Part shown: positions 18,775 through 26,894 of the stretch, one piece after another
How positions within the stretch are numbered: the stretch's first letter is position 1
Layout: each line of letters opens with the position of its first letter
IMG/VR virus record: IMGVR_UViG_3300046810_000338
Coordinates: 124,001-188,000 of that record
Strand: one strand, 5' to 3'
DNA: 64,000 bases
The notes under the pieces: generated by a model
What the model was told of the DNA's origin: nothing
Seen by the model: the letters and a program-made list of their open reading frames with translations, nothing else
The model's database searches: none
Made by a program: the position numbers and the translations under genes

Positions 18775-19242
18775 ATGGTCACTCGTTATACTGGTTGGGT
18801 AGGCCTGTCCCTAGGCCTGTTCATGATTGCGGCTGCGGTATGGCTTGGCTACTACCGCTGGTTGTTTGGCACCGCAGTGTCCCTGACCTTCATTGGTTAC
18901 TGCTTGATCAAAACAGCCAACGAAGTTGTACGCTACAAAGCATTGGCGGACTCAATGCGTCGGGCTACCAGAGCCACGGAAGAACTACTGGAAAGGACTT
19001 CAGAGGAGGCCCGAGTATTGAAGACTGCTCTGGACCTCTCTAATCGCCGTAACGACGCGATAAGCTTTGAGCTTAGCAAGTTGATCAAGGATAAGGAAGA
19101 TACGTCTGAGACGCCTTCCAGGCGCTTTAACGACGTAATGCTTGATGATCTTCTGGGATTGGACGCAGACATGGCCGGTAGTGGTGGTCGTAGAACGTCA
19201 GATCTTATCAACAGGGTAGCACGCAAGGAAGACAAGTCTTAA
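18775..19242 (+). CDS. Two-TM membrane protein with cytoplasmic coiled coil (possible lysis accessory)
   Basis: AAGGAG RBS, two hydrophobic helices at the N-terminus, position directly after the endolysin. Confidence 0.6.
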   Translation: MVTRYTGWVGLSLGLFMIAAAVWLGYYRWLFGTAVSLTFIGYCLIKTANEVVRYKALADSMRRATRATEELLERTSEEARVLKTALDLSNRRNDAISFELSKLIKDKEDTSETPSRRFNDVMLDDLLGLDADMAGSGGRRTSDLINRVARKEDKS

Positions 19243-19330
19243 ACCGCGATGGCCCTCTCCCATTCTGTGCGAGTGGGAGAGGGCTTGTCGATGCCTCTTA
19301 GCTGCGCCTAACTAAGTGGAGAATGCTACA

Positions 19331-20173
19331 ATGTCTAATTTGCATGCAAACTTGTTGCCGGGCACCAAAGTCATTCACGTTCACCCCGTTGCAAAGTTGC
19401 CGGTGATCCATAGCCGGTACCTGCAAAAGATCACTGCCAATGCCCGCCGTGAAATGAACCTGGTTGGTGCGCGATTCGATGATCAAATTATCTGGCGGTA
19501 TTTCCCAGAAGAGGTTGTTGACGACTTCTTGGTTCGCCAAGGTCAGCAGCCCATGATCGCCCCGTTGATCTTTGCCTACATTTCCGAATGGGCTACTGCT
19601 GAGATTGCAAAGCACGATCGAGTACATGACGGTGGGGCCATGCTGATTGACTCAGACAGCATGTCCATGGCGGCCATCGTTGTTCCTCGACTCAGCGCTT
19701 TCCCAAGCATCCATAGCTTTGCCTTTGTGGAAGTGAAAGGCATCTTGCGTTATCTGGACGCTGGCAGGGACTTCAAGGCAAACATTGGTCAAGTGGCGGT
19801 CGTTGCTGATCCAGACATTGACGTTAACTGCTGGATGTACGCTACGGTACCCTTACGACCACTGAAGTATCTGTGGGAGCTAGAGTGCAAGAATTTCAAT
19901 GAAAGCTCCGGCGAATCATTCTGCACCGCTGCATGGGAAAGAATGAGTTATGATAAACGGCTGGAGTTTGCCAAGAGTGTTATAGGGCAAATGGTTCCGC
20001 CTACCGTTCAAGAACTCTACGACAGACTGGCGGTTAAGAAGGAACTGTTTTGGCACCACCTTTCTTACGAAGAGCAGGTTAGCGCCTCCCAGTGCTTGAG
20101 ACGTCATGGGTTTACTTTCATGAAAGTTCAGCCAGTTGTCTTCCGAACCGATGCATCGGGTCACGGAGAGTAA
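19331..20173 (+). CDS. Hypothetical protein
   Basis: About 280 aa. GGAG RBS upstream of ATG 19331. No recognised motif. Confidence 0.6.
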   Translation: MSNLHANLLPGTKVIHVHPVAKLPVIHSRYLQKITANARREMNLVGARFDDQIIWRYFPEEVVDDFLVRQGQQPMIAPLIFAYISEWATAEIAKHDRVHDGGAMLIDSDSMSMAAIVVPRLSAFPSIHSFAFVEVKGILRYLDAGRDFKANIGQVAVVADPDIDVNCWMYATVPLRPLKYLWELECKNFNESSGESFCTAAWERMSYDKRLEFAKSVIGQMVPPTVQELYDRLAVKKELFWHHLSYEEQVSASQCLRRHGFTFMKVQPVVFRTDASGHGE

Positions 20174-20217
20174 GTTGTGTGGCTAGGGCTAACTGCCCTA
20201 GCCATTATGCCGCTACT

Positions 20218-20240
20218 GGACTTATGTACTCTATGTGAGA
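20218..20240 (+). promoter_or_regulatory. Putative phage promoter (weaker match to the shared 23-nt motif)
   Basis: GGACTTATGTACTCTATGTGAGA aligns with the motifs at 21171, 21468 and 45666. Confidence 0.4.
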
Positions 20241-20305
20241 ATTCTAAGATTGACAACCTTGGATGAATCTATCGACACCCACCCACTCTCATCTAGAGAA
20301 CACTC

Positions 20306-21112
20306 ATGAAAGCAATCGTCCGTGTAAGTCCATACACCACTGTACCTACCATCCCGGTCAGTGCACTGCATACATTGAAACAGGGAATGAACACTGTTTT
20401 TAATATCAACGAAGAATACCTAGAACGCCACCTGGTCTGGGAATACGTCGCCACTCGCGAAGAAGGTAGCAGTGGCCGCATCATGGTCACGCCGCTGGTC
20501 CATGTCTTCCTGAGCGTCGAGCTGTCGAAGGTGCTGGCCGAGCGCATGCGTTATCCGTTCATGCCACCCGTGATTAGTCTGCCAAGTGGTCCTCGTTCCA
20601 TGGACTGGCAGATCGTTCTTTACACAGACGCTTTTGTGTCCGTGAAAGAACTTCTCTTTATCGAGAAGAACGGTCTGTTGCAAACCTTCGGCCGCACCGA
20701 TCGGTTCCAGAAATGGATTGACAACTATATCGACCTGGGGGAAGACGACTCTTTCGATGTAGGTCAATACTCTGCCGAATGGGCAGCGCCACTGCCTGCG
20801 CCGTTGAGTGCTAACCTGCCAGAAGTTGCGGCGCACGAGGTCAACCGTCAAGGTATGACTCTGCGCGAACTCACGGTCAACCGACTGCATCAGTACACCG
20901 AGCTTGGCAAGCCGGTTGGTCAGGCTAAGAACATCCCCGACGTTTTGGTTGGCCGGCTGTCTCCAAGTCTGACCAAGCAAATTATTGATGAGGGCCTGAT
21001 TCTCAAGGTTGACGACGATGGTTGCCTCACTGCTGTAACTGACAGCAACGGTACCTACCTCGACGGAATGACCGGTCTACCGGCAATCATCTCTGCTGTG
21101 CTGAGTCGCTAA
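20306..21112 (+). CDS. Hypothetical protein
   Basis: 268-aa ORF between two intergenic hairpins. Confidence 0.6.
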   Translation: MKAIVRVSPYTTVPTIPVSALHTLKQGMNTVFNINEEYLERHLVWEYVATREEGSSGRIMVTPLVHVFLSVELSKVLAERMRYPFMPPVISLPSGPRSMDWQIVLYTDAFVSVKELLFIEKNGLLQTFGRTDRFQKWIDNYIDLGEDDSFDVGQYSAEWAAPLPAPLSANLPEVAAHEVNRQGMTLRELTVNRLHQYTELGKPVGQAKNIPDVLVGRLSPSLTKQIIDEGLILKVDDDGCLTAVTDSNGTYLDGMTGLPAIISAVLSR

Positions 21113-21165
21113 GCAGCCTCTGCTCCTCCCGGCGTAGGTCGGGAGGAGCAGTATGCCGTAACTTT

Positions 21166-21193
21166 TTTTAAGACCTAGATTATCTAAGTGAAT
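21166..21193 (+). promoter_or_regulatory. Putative early promoter (phiKZ-type TTTAA-N4-TATATTAC architecture)
   Basis: TTTAA-GACC-TAGATTAT-CTAAGTGAAT. Confidence 0.6.
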
Positions 21194-21420
21194 GCCTTAG
21201 GATCATTCGACGGCATAGATGCCCTCGCCCAGGTCTTACCCTGAGCGAAGGACTTATTCCTGAAGAGAGATAACATGACGAAAGACTGAAATAAAGGAGC
21301 CCGCTATACGGACGACTGTCCCGACAGATAACCTGAGGCGTTACCTTGACCAACCGGAGATAGCTGTAGTGCCATGCATTCCCTCATGACACCCTCACCT
21401 TATCTAGCTCATTACTATAT
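21190..21420 (+). ncRNA. Candidate structured non-coding RNA / long leader
   Basis: ORF-free region after a promoter motif. Helices: ATGCC/GGCAT (21192-21216), TCGC.CAGG/CCTG.GCGA (21225-21248), CTGTC/GACAG (21316-21327). Confidence 0.35.
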
Positions 21421-21463
21421 TGCTTTGTTTGTTAAGGATAATGGAATGCCCTAAATAAAGAAA

Positions 21464-21490
21464 TTTCAAACCTATATTCTTGTTGTGAAA
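21464..21490 (+). promoter_or_regulatory. Putative early promoter
   Basis: TTTCA-AACC-TATATTCT-TGTTGTGAAA, about 45 nt upstream of ATG 21535. Confidence 0.6.
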
Positions 21491-21534
21491 TAAGGAAACT
21501 TAACTTTCCCTTATACCAACATTGGAGAAGTAAC

Positions 21535-22248
21535 ATGCATAATCGAACTATGTTTCCAGTCACCAATCCGTACCTGGCTCAAGCTCTCGGGCAACCGGGT
21601 ATCTGGTCTGGTTCCTCGGTACTGGTATCGGGTCGTGAAAAACTGTTGGCCATTGAGATGGCCGACTTGGTATATCAACTGGCGAGTGGTAGCCCAGGCG
21701 ATGGCAGTGAGCCTAAGCCAACCATTCTGCTGCTGTCCTTTCGTGAACAGGACACGATCGAGATGGATCACCTCTGCGGCGAGCTGGAACAGATCGGCTG
21801 GAACGTTGTTCTGCTGGCTATTGAACCAGAGCCAGAGGGTTTGGCGTTGGCAGCAAGTACGCTCAACAACATGCCCAAGGGCGCCCCAAAGATCATGGCG
21901 ATCAACCACCCGCACTTGATCTCTAACGGCAATGACGGAATCTATCAGGAGATGCGTCACTTTGCAGCCGAGCAAGACGTGATCCTGATCTACACTCACC
22001 CCTTCAGTGAAGACGGTGAAACTGCTCTGACCATGATCCATGGCTCAGAGCGTGTGGTTGAAGTAAGCTGTGGTGGCTTCCATCTGGGCAATCCTCGATT
22101 GACTCAGGAGGTTGACATCGAACTACTGGTAGACTCTGGCCCTATGGTCATGGGCTGCTGGCTCACTCGCTATATTGCCAAGCACCGCTCCGTCAATGTG
22201 GTAAGCCGCGATAAGCGCGTCTTCTCCACGTTTATCCCAACCGCCTAA
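21535..22248 (+). CDS. Degenerate DnaB/RecA-fold protein (no Walker A)
   Basis: C-terminal RLTQEVDIELLV...WLTRYIAKHRS resembles the DnaB-type motif recalled from jumbo-phage helicases (LDQEVDLE...LTVQRGKHR). No GxxxxGK[ST] is present. Confidence 0.45.
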   Translation: MHNRTMFPVTNPYLAQALGQPGIWSGSSVLVSGREKLLAIEMADLVYQLASGSPGDGSEPKPTILLLSFREQDTIEMDHLCGELEQIGWNVVLLAIEPEPEGLALAASTLNNMPKGAPKIMAINHPHLISNGNDGIYQEMRHFAAEQDVILIYTHPFSEDGETALTMIHGSERVVEVSCGGFHLGNPRLTQEVDIELLVDSGPMVMGCWLTRYIAKHRSVNVVSRDKRVFSTFIPTA

Positions 22249-22266
22249 TAGGCAAAGGAAGTTATC

Positions 22267-22881
22267 ATGGAAAAATTAGTGTTTGCGCTGATTGCAATGT
22301 CGGTCGCATTCTTGTGGCTGGCTATTGTATCCCGTAGTTGGTTGCATGCAGCATCCGATTTGCGTGCACGGATCAAGAAGTTGGAGGTTGATCTGGAGAA
22401 CTACGCTGAAACCTATCGGCAATTGCAGCGGGATTACAACCGGCTGGCACCACGGACTGCCAACATGGAAGCACGGGCACTGGCTGCTGAAGCCATGTTG
22501 ATTGGTGCGATCCCTACCATCAGTGGTATGGGTGACACTGCTCGGCGCGCTCCGCTGCATGTTGAAACTGCTCGCGAGATATTGCAACGGGCCGAAGAGT
22601 TCACGCAGTCTCCTAAGGCGGCTGGAACGACCAAGCCGCTTGCAGAACAACGTCGACCAGCCCACCCTATGTCGGCTCCGGTTAATACAGGGCGGGTATC
22701 GATGAGTCACCCTCACGATAACTCTGATGACTTCACCCTAGCAGCTATGGCCACTACTGCATGGTCGGGCAACGACGGTGGTTCGAGTCATCGTTCCTGT
22801 GACAGCGGTAGTTCTGGTGGTTACAGTGGTGGCGGTGATAGTGGTTCGAGCGATTCGGGTGGTGGCGGTGGCTGCGACTAA
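22267..22881 (+). CDS. Membrane-anchored coiled-coil protein with Gly/Ser-rich C-terminal tail
   Basis: N-terminal TM helix; the C-terminus is SSHRSCDSGSSGGYSGGGDSGSSDSGGGGGCD. Confidence 0.65.
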   Translation: MEKLVFALIAMSVAFLWLAIVSRSWLHAASDLRARIKKLEVDLENYAETYRQLQRDYNRLAPRTANMEARALAAEAMLIGAIPTISGMGDTARRAPLHVETAREILQRAEEFTQSPKAAGTTKPLAEQRRPAHPMSAPVNTGRVSMSHPHDNSDDFTLAAMATTAWSGNDGGSSHRSCDSGSSGGYSGGGDSGSSDSGGGGGCD

Positions 22882-22909
22882 CACTGGGTGAGTTGGAAGG
22901 AGCTATCGA

Positions 22910-23254
22910 ATGATAACCTCTCAAGGAGCATTGATAGCTATCGTGGTACTGGTCATAGTCGGAACTATGATCTCTGTGTGGGTAGCTTTTTGTGTGTGGG
23001 CACATAATCCCAAATGTAAGGACTGGAGGTCAATTACTGTATCATTCGACACAGTGAGTCCCCCCGAAGAGAACCCCGAGTTCTTCTTCGAGTGCACAGC
23101 CTCTGGAAAGCACATCACCGTCATAGTGGATAATCCCTACGACCTTGATGAAATGGAGATTGTTCATGCTGTTAGATATGCAGCTGAGCAAGCCAACTTC
23201 GCGGTTGGTCAAATTAGTATTAAGGGGAAGACCTTTGGATTTCGTCGGCTTTGA
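22910..23254 (+). CDS. Small membrane protein
   Basis: GGAG RBS and N-terminal TM helix LIAIVVLVIVGTMISVWVAFCVW. Confidence 0.6.
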   Translation: MITSQGALIAIVVLVIVGTMISVWVAFCVWAHNPKCKDWRSITVSFDTVSPPEENPEFFFECTASGKHITVIVDNPYDLDEMEIVHAVRYAAEQANFAVGQISIKGKTFGFRRL

Positions 23255-23567
23255 ATGGATTACTGCGCTGAAGGCTTTGGGTGTTGCTGTACTGGTTGTC
23301 GTAGGTCTCTTTATGCCTGGTCACTTGGTAAGGGTTAAAAGAGCGCGTGCGGTTATTACTGGTGCTGGCCATACTCAATTTCTGGTCATCTCTGTAGATA
23401 ACAAAACTGGGCAAGTCGTAGACAACCCAGTGAGTGTCAAGTTTCCTCCGCACAATAAAAAGCGGGTGATTCGTGCAATACAAGCCTGGGGCGAACTGCG
23501 CCAGATTCCTGTCATTGAAATAAAAGTGAGTGATAAGAATGGAAAAACAATTTTCATTACCTACTAG
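23235..23567 (+). CDS. Small membrane protein
   Basis: TTG 23235 after AAGGGGAAG gives MDFVGFEWITALKALGVAVLVVVGLFMPG. The track start at 23145 is probably too far upstream. Confidence 0.5.
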   Translation: MDFVGFEWITALKALGVAVLVVVGLFMPGHLVRVKRARAVITGAGHTQFLVISVDNKTGQVVDNPVSVKFPPHNKKRVIRAIQAWGELRQIPVIEIKVSDKNGKTIFITY

Positions 23568-23583
23568 CGTTCAGGAGAATGCG

Positions 23584-23997
23584 ATGCAAGATACGTTTAA
23601 TTACGTGCTGTTGATTCTAGGTGCTATCGCTATCCTCGCAGGATCGGTGACTAGCAGTCCTACGTTGCTTGTAGGGGGAATTGTTGGTGTGGTGCTGACC
23701 TATCTACTCTTGCGCAGCTCGCGCATCGTAGAAGAGCTTCAGGCAGCTCTGGTGGAATCCACTCGCAAGGCAACTGCCGCTGAAACCAGCGCACGGATGT
23801 CTCGTCGTAGTGAGCAATCGATTGCAACCGAACTGCAAATGGTTCGTCGCTCGGTTGCAGAATGGCAAGGCCGGTATCACAAGTTGCTGATGGATTCGTC
23901 GCATGAACAGATCAAAGAGCATGGGCATCTGCCATTGCCACCCAAACCTGTTCTGATACGGATGCACTCGGTAACCGATATCCAGTCTCGAATGTAA
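23584..23997 (+). CDS. Two-TM membrane protein with coiled coil
   Basis: AGGAGA RBS before ATG 23584; helices VLLILGAIAILAG and LLVGGIVGVVLTYLLL. Confidence 0.6.
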   Translation: MQDTFNYVLLILGAIAILAGSVTSSPTLLVGGIVGVVLTYLLLRSSRIVEELQAALVESTRKATAAETSARMSRRSEQSIATELQMVRRSVAEWQGRYHKLLMDSSHEQIKEHGHLPLPPKPVLIRMHSVTDIQSRM

Positions 23998-24074
23998 ATG
24001 TGTTGATTCAGATCCACCCATCGGCGGGCCCCTAGAGGGGCCTGCCATTATGCCGCTGAAGCAAGGAGCTTATC

Positions 24075-24269
24075 ATGCGTACTGTTAACTTGATTGAGAT
24101 GAACAACCTCACTTTGTCTATTGGCGAAAAACTCAGGTTAGTTTCCCGAGCGATTACCAAGGCAATGCGAGAGCGTCCAAAAGAGGTAGAGTTGTTAGAA
24201 CATGAACAAAAACGCTTGTTGGAAATCCACTCGGATCTGTGTGCCTACATGGGTACATGGAAATTTTAA
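24075..24269 (+). CDS. Small hypothetical protein
   Basis: AAGGAG RBS; 64 aa, helical. Confidence 0.6.
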   Translation: MRTVNLIEMNNLTLSIGEKLRLVSRAITKAMRERPKEVELLEHEQKRLLEIHSDLCAYMGTWKF

Positions 24270-24353
24270 TGACCGCAGAATCGACAGATTCTTAACGTCA
24301 TTCCTTGAGTGCAGTTAATAATCTTCTCGCCTAGTCCTAAGGAGGACTGCTGT

Positions 24354-24986
24354 ATGTCATTGCCAGGTGAAATCGACCGCGTTGCCAAGCCCCGCAGCTG
24401 TGAAGTTAGAAAATGTAGGGCAGAGGCGTTTAATCGTATTTGCATTGAGTCCGATTCGTTCGGTTCAGAATACGAGTACATGTGTGACAAGCACATTGAT
24501 GGGTATCGGGCCAATCTGGCCAAGGCTGAGCCTGAGGAAGGCGAGTGCCGGTGGTGCAAGAAGATGGCCATTCTAAAACCAACCAGAGACTGGGAGGAGG
24601 GTTCTCACGGGCCAGTGTACTACGTCTGCCAACCCTGTATCGATCGTAACAATCAAGTCGATGACAGTGAGGAGGAAGAAGAGGAAGATGACGACTGGGA
24701 AAGTCAGGAAGACGAACCTGATCTGATGGACGATGACGACGATGAACCAACCCTTGAGGAAGAGTTGGAACACAGTCTTAAAACCACATTGCTTAATAGT
24801 GGTATGTCTCATCATTCGGCCATGGAACTCATCAGTCGCATTTGGACATTTGTCGAGGTAGTCGATGCACACATCACTCGACATGAAGTTCTCCAATCAA
24901 TCATTGGAAACATTGAGAAGAGGATCATCGATGAACAAGCCGAAAGAAAAGCCGCTGCCCTCATCAGAGCCATCCAAGCCCCCTGA
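24354..24986 (+). CDS. Zn-finger-like protein with long acidic tract
   Basis: TAAGGAGG RBS before ATG 24354. Cys clusters CEVRKC, C..CDKH, CRWC and CQPC, then DDSEEEEEEDDDWESQEDEPDLMDDDDDE. Confidence 0.65.
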   Translation: MSLPGEIDRVAKPRSCEVRKCRAEAFNRICIESDSFGSEYEYMCDKHIDGYRANLAKAEPEEGECRWCKKMAILKPTRDWEEGSHGPVYYVCQPCIDRNNQVDDSEEEEEEDDDWESQEDEPDLMDDDDDEPTLEEELEHSLKTTLLNSGMSHHSAMELISRIWTFVEVVDAHITRHEVLQSIIGNIEKRIIDEQAERKAAALIRAIQAP

Positions 24987-25074
24987 TCTACCGTCTGACC
25001 CAGATTCTGGTTGGGCGTTAGATGAACAGTGGCCAGATGAGTCACCTGATGGATTTGATCCACCAGACGAATAA
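24931..25074 (+). CDS. Overlapping 47-aa Pro/Asp-rich peptide
   Basis: AGAGGA RBS 6 nt before ATG 24931. The ORF ends just before the 25086 hairpin. Confidence 0.4.
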   Translation: MNKPKEKPLPSSEPSKPPDLPSDPDSGWALDEQWPDESPDGFDPPDE

Positions 25075-25140
25075 AGCCCATAATGCCCACTCCTCCTAGC
25101 TCTAACTAGGAGGAGTGGGACTTCTACTACAGGAGGAGCT

Positions 25141-25272
25141 ATGACTCCCTTTGAACGACTCAAACTGCTCACTGGTGCTCAGTGTGCAGCTCTTCCATCT
25201 GCTACCCAAAAGCGCACTTCGCCTCAGGAGCTACTGGCTTTGGTAACGCGACTTAAATCGCTCACACTATAA
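25141..25272 (+). CDS. 43-aa small protein (not in the ORF track)
   Basis: AGGAGGAG RBS; MTPFERLKLLTGAQCAALPSATQKRTSPQELLALVTRLKSLTL*. Confidence 0.55.
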   Translation: MTPFERLKLLTGAQCAALPSATQKRTSPQELLALVTRLKSLTL

Positions 25273-25335
25273 GGATGATAAGGCTGGCCTCTACGGAGGC
25301 TGGCCTGTCTTTACTCTACCCTTTATTTTTTTGTA

Positions 25336-25352
25336 TTTAAGTGCAAATTATT
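25336..25352 (+). promoter_or_regulatory. Putative early promoter
   Basis: TTTAA-GTGC-AAATTATT, preceded by TTATTTTTTTG; same spacing as the 21166 and 21464 motifs. Confidence 0.45.
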
Positions 25353-25359
25353 CCACCTA

Positions 25360-25565
25360 TTTTTAGGGGGAACCTAGCGGAGCGACGGAGGGGGTCAGGT
25401 GATATGCCGTTGGCTAGATGAAGCGATTGTGAGGGGTTCTAACAATTACTGCCAACGCTTCCTTTGTTCTCAACTAAGCTGAAGGGCTTGTCCTGGAGGG
25501 ACAGCCCAGAAGCGACTAGGAGGCCCACAGGGCTTCAATGCAGTAAATACCATACACACTACTAG
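25360..25565 (+). ncRNA. Candidate structured non-coding RNA
   Basis: ORF-free region between convergent gene clusters with three separate helices (25374-25417, 25420-25461, 25484-25507), ending at the 25568-25609 hairpin. Confidence 0.4.
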
Positions 25566-25623
25566 GGCATAAAGCCAGGCTCCCTACAGGGGAAGCCTGG
25601 CGACTTATGACACAGAGGATTGC

Positions 25624-26079
25624 TTACGTTGACGGATCAGTTCCAGAGCCAGACCCTGAATGGTCTTTCGTAATACATTCGCCGCCTGCACTTGCTGTGA
25701 CGGAGTGTGTTTCAGAACACTTTGCACCAGGTCGATCTGGCACAGCGGTTGTCCAGGCATTGAGGAAGTCTTCCTGTCGGTCGTAGTGTTTGTCCAAGGC
25801 TTCTTTAAGCCACTGGTCGTTCATACCCAATGCAGCAGTGCCAGGGAAGCGCCGTAGGCTACGGACCCATTCCTTGTCCTCGGCAGATAGCGTACCACCG
25901 TTAAACAATTGCCCATTTATTTCAGCCAATCGATCAATCATCTTGGCTTGATCGACCACCTGTTCTTTGAGCTTTTCAATGATGGCATTGAAAGGACTCA
26001 GCAGTGCCTGAGTAAACCCATCCTTAGGTTCCTTAGGAGGTTGTCCCAAGACCGTCATTCGTTCCTGAAACCTTCTCAT
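25624..26079 (-). CDS. Hypothetical protein
   Basis: An ATGA overlap with the upstream gene suggests a start at 26079. Confidence 0.55.
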   Translation of the reverse strand: MRRFQERMTVLGQPPKEPKDGFTQALLSPFNAIIEKLKEQVVDQAKMIDRLAEINGQLFNGGTLSAEDKEWVRSLRRFPGTAALGMNDQWLKEALDKHYDRQEDFLNAWTTAVPDRPGAKCSETHSVTASAGGECITKDHSGSGSGTDPST

Positions 26080-26387
26080 GCGCTCACCCCCAACAAGTTC
26101 ATCCACGCAGCCTTTTCCTCTTTGGAATAGGTTTCGGTGAAGGTGAAGGATATGTTTGACCGATCGGTCAGCTGAGAACCGCCAATGTCGACAGAGTAAT
26201 CCGACACAGGTTGGCCGCGCATAGCTGCCAACAACTTGCTAGGCATGGCCGATGGAAAGAGCTGAGAGGCATTGACGACTGGTTGGAAGTTGGCTACCAG
26301 GTAATTATCCACGATCCGTTTGATTTTCGGCTTAGGCTCGTAGTACCAGACCAGGGAGTGGTGCGGTGAAATGAGGTCGTCATTCAT
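26076..26387 (-). CDS. Hypothetical protein
   Basis: 103 aa, coupled to both neighbours; GGAGGAAAG RBS. Confidence 0.55.
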   Translation of the reverse strand: MNDDLISPHHSLVWYYEPKPKIKRIVDNYLVANFQPVVNASQLFPSAMPSKLLAAMRGQPVSDYSVDIGGSQLTDRSNISFTFTETYSKEEKAAWMNLLGVSA

Positions 26388-26892
26388 CTTTCTTTCCTCC
26401 AGCAGGTTCCCCTGCCTTGTCCATGACCATGTTCAGAAAGGTGCCCAGATCAGGAGCTACCACGTTACGGTTTGCCTTAGCAGACCGGAACATGATGATC
26501 TGCCCGACCTTACCACCGTCACCTGGGGTGGTGTCAACGCAATAAAGGTCACCGCCATTGATACGAGCGAATGGAATCCAACCATCGCTCCACCAGGCCT
26601 GTGCAACGCCCTTGCCTGGTTTGGCACGGGCATCGTCCTTCTCCTTGTTCTTTTCCTTGGAGAAGAGGCTGCGCTGTACGACGATGGTGTCGAAGATCTT
26701 CTTGTAGGGCAAGAAAGTAATCTTGCCCGTCTTGGTCTTGATCAGCATGCCGTTGGCTTGCGTGAGCATGTTGGTCAAGTCAGAAGGCAGCTGTACTTCG
26801 AACTTCTTCTCCAGAGCTGCCACGTTGTCAGGCTTATAGCCCTTACCGCGCTTGACTGCTTTGGGTAATTCTTTCCAGTTAATCTTAGCCAC
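26380..26892 (-). CDS. SMI1/KNR4 (SUKH) family protein
   Basis: VAALEKKFEVQLPSDLTNMLTQANG and WWSDGWIPFARINGGDLYCVDTTPGDGGKVGQII.F are the hallmark SMI1/KNR4 motifs. Confidence 0.85.
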   Translation of the reverse strand: MAKINWKELPKAVKRGKGYKPDNVAALEKKFEVQLPSDLTNMLTQANGMLIKTKTGKITFLPYKKIFDTIVVQRSLFSKEKNKEKDDARAKPGKGVAQAWWSDGWIPFARINGGDLYCVDTTPGDGGKVGQIIMFRSAKANRNVVAPDLGTFLNMVMDKAGEPAGGKKDE

Positions 26893-26894
26893 GA

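Noticed and set aside
18726-19043. 105-aa alternative-frame ORF upstream of and overlapping the two-TM gene
   Set aside because: It has no RBS, while the overlapping 18775 ORF has a strong AAGGAG RBS and coherent TM topology.
21230-21290. Hammerhead-like core (CTGAAGA...CGAAAGAC with upstream GTCTT)
   Set aside because: Core nucleotides are partly present, but stems I and II cannot pair, so the ribozyme fold is not supported.
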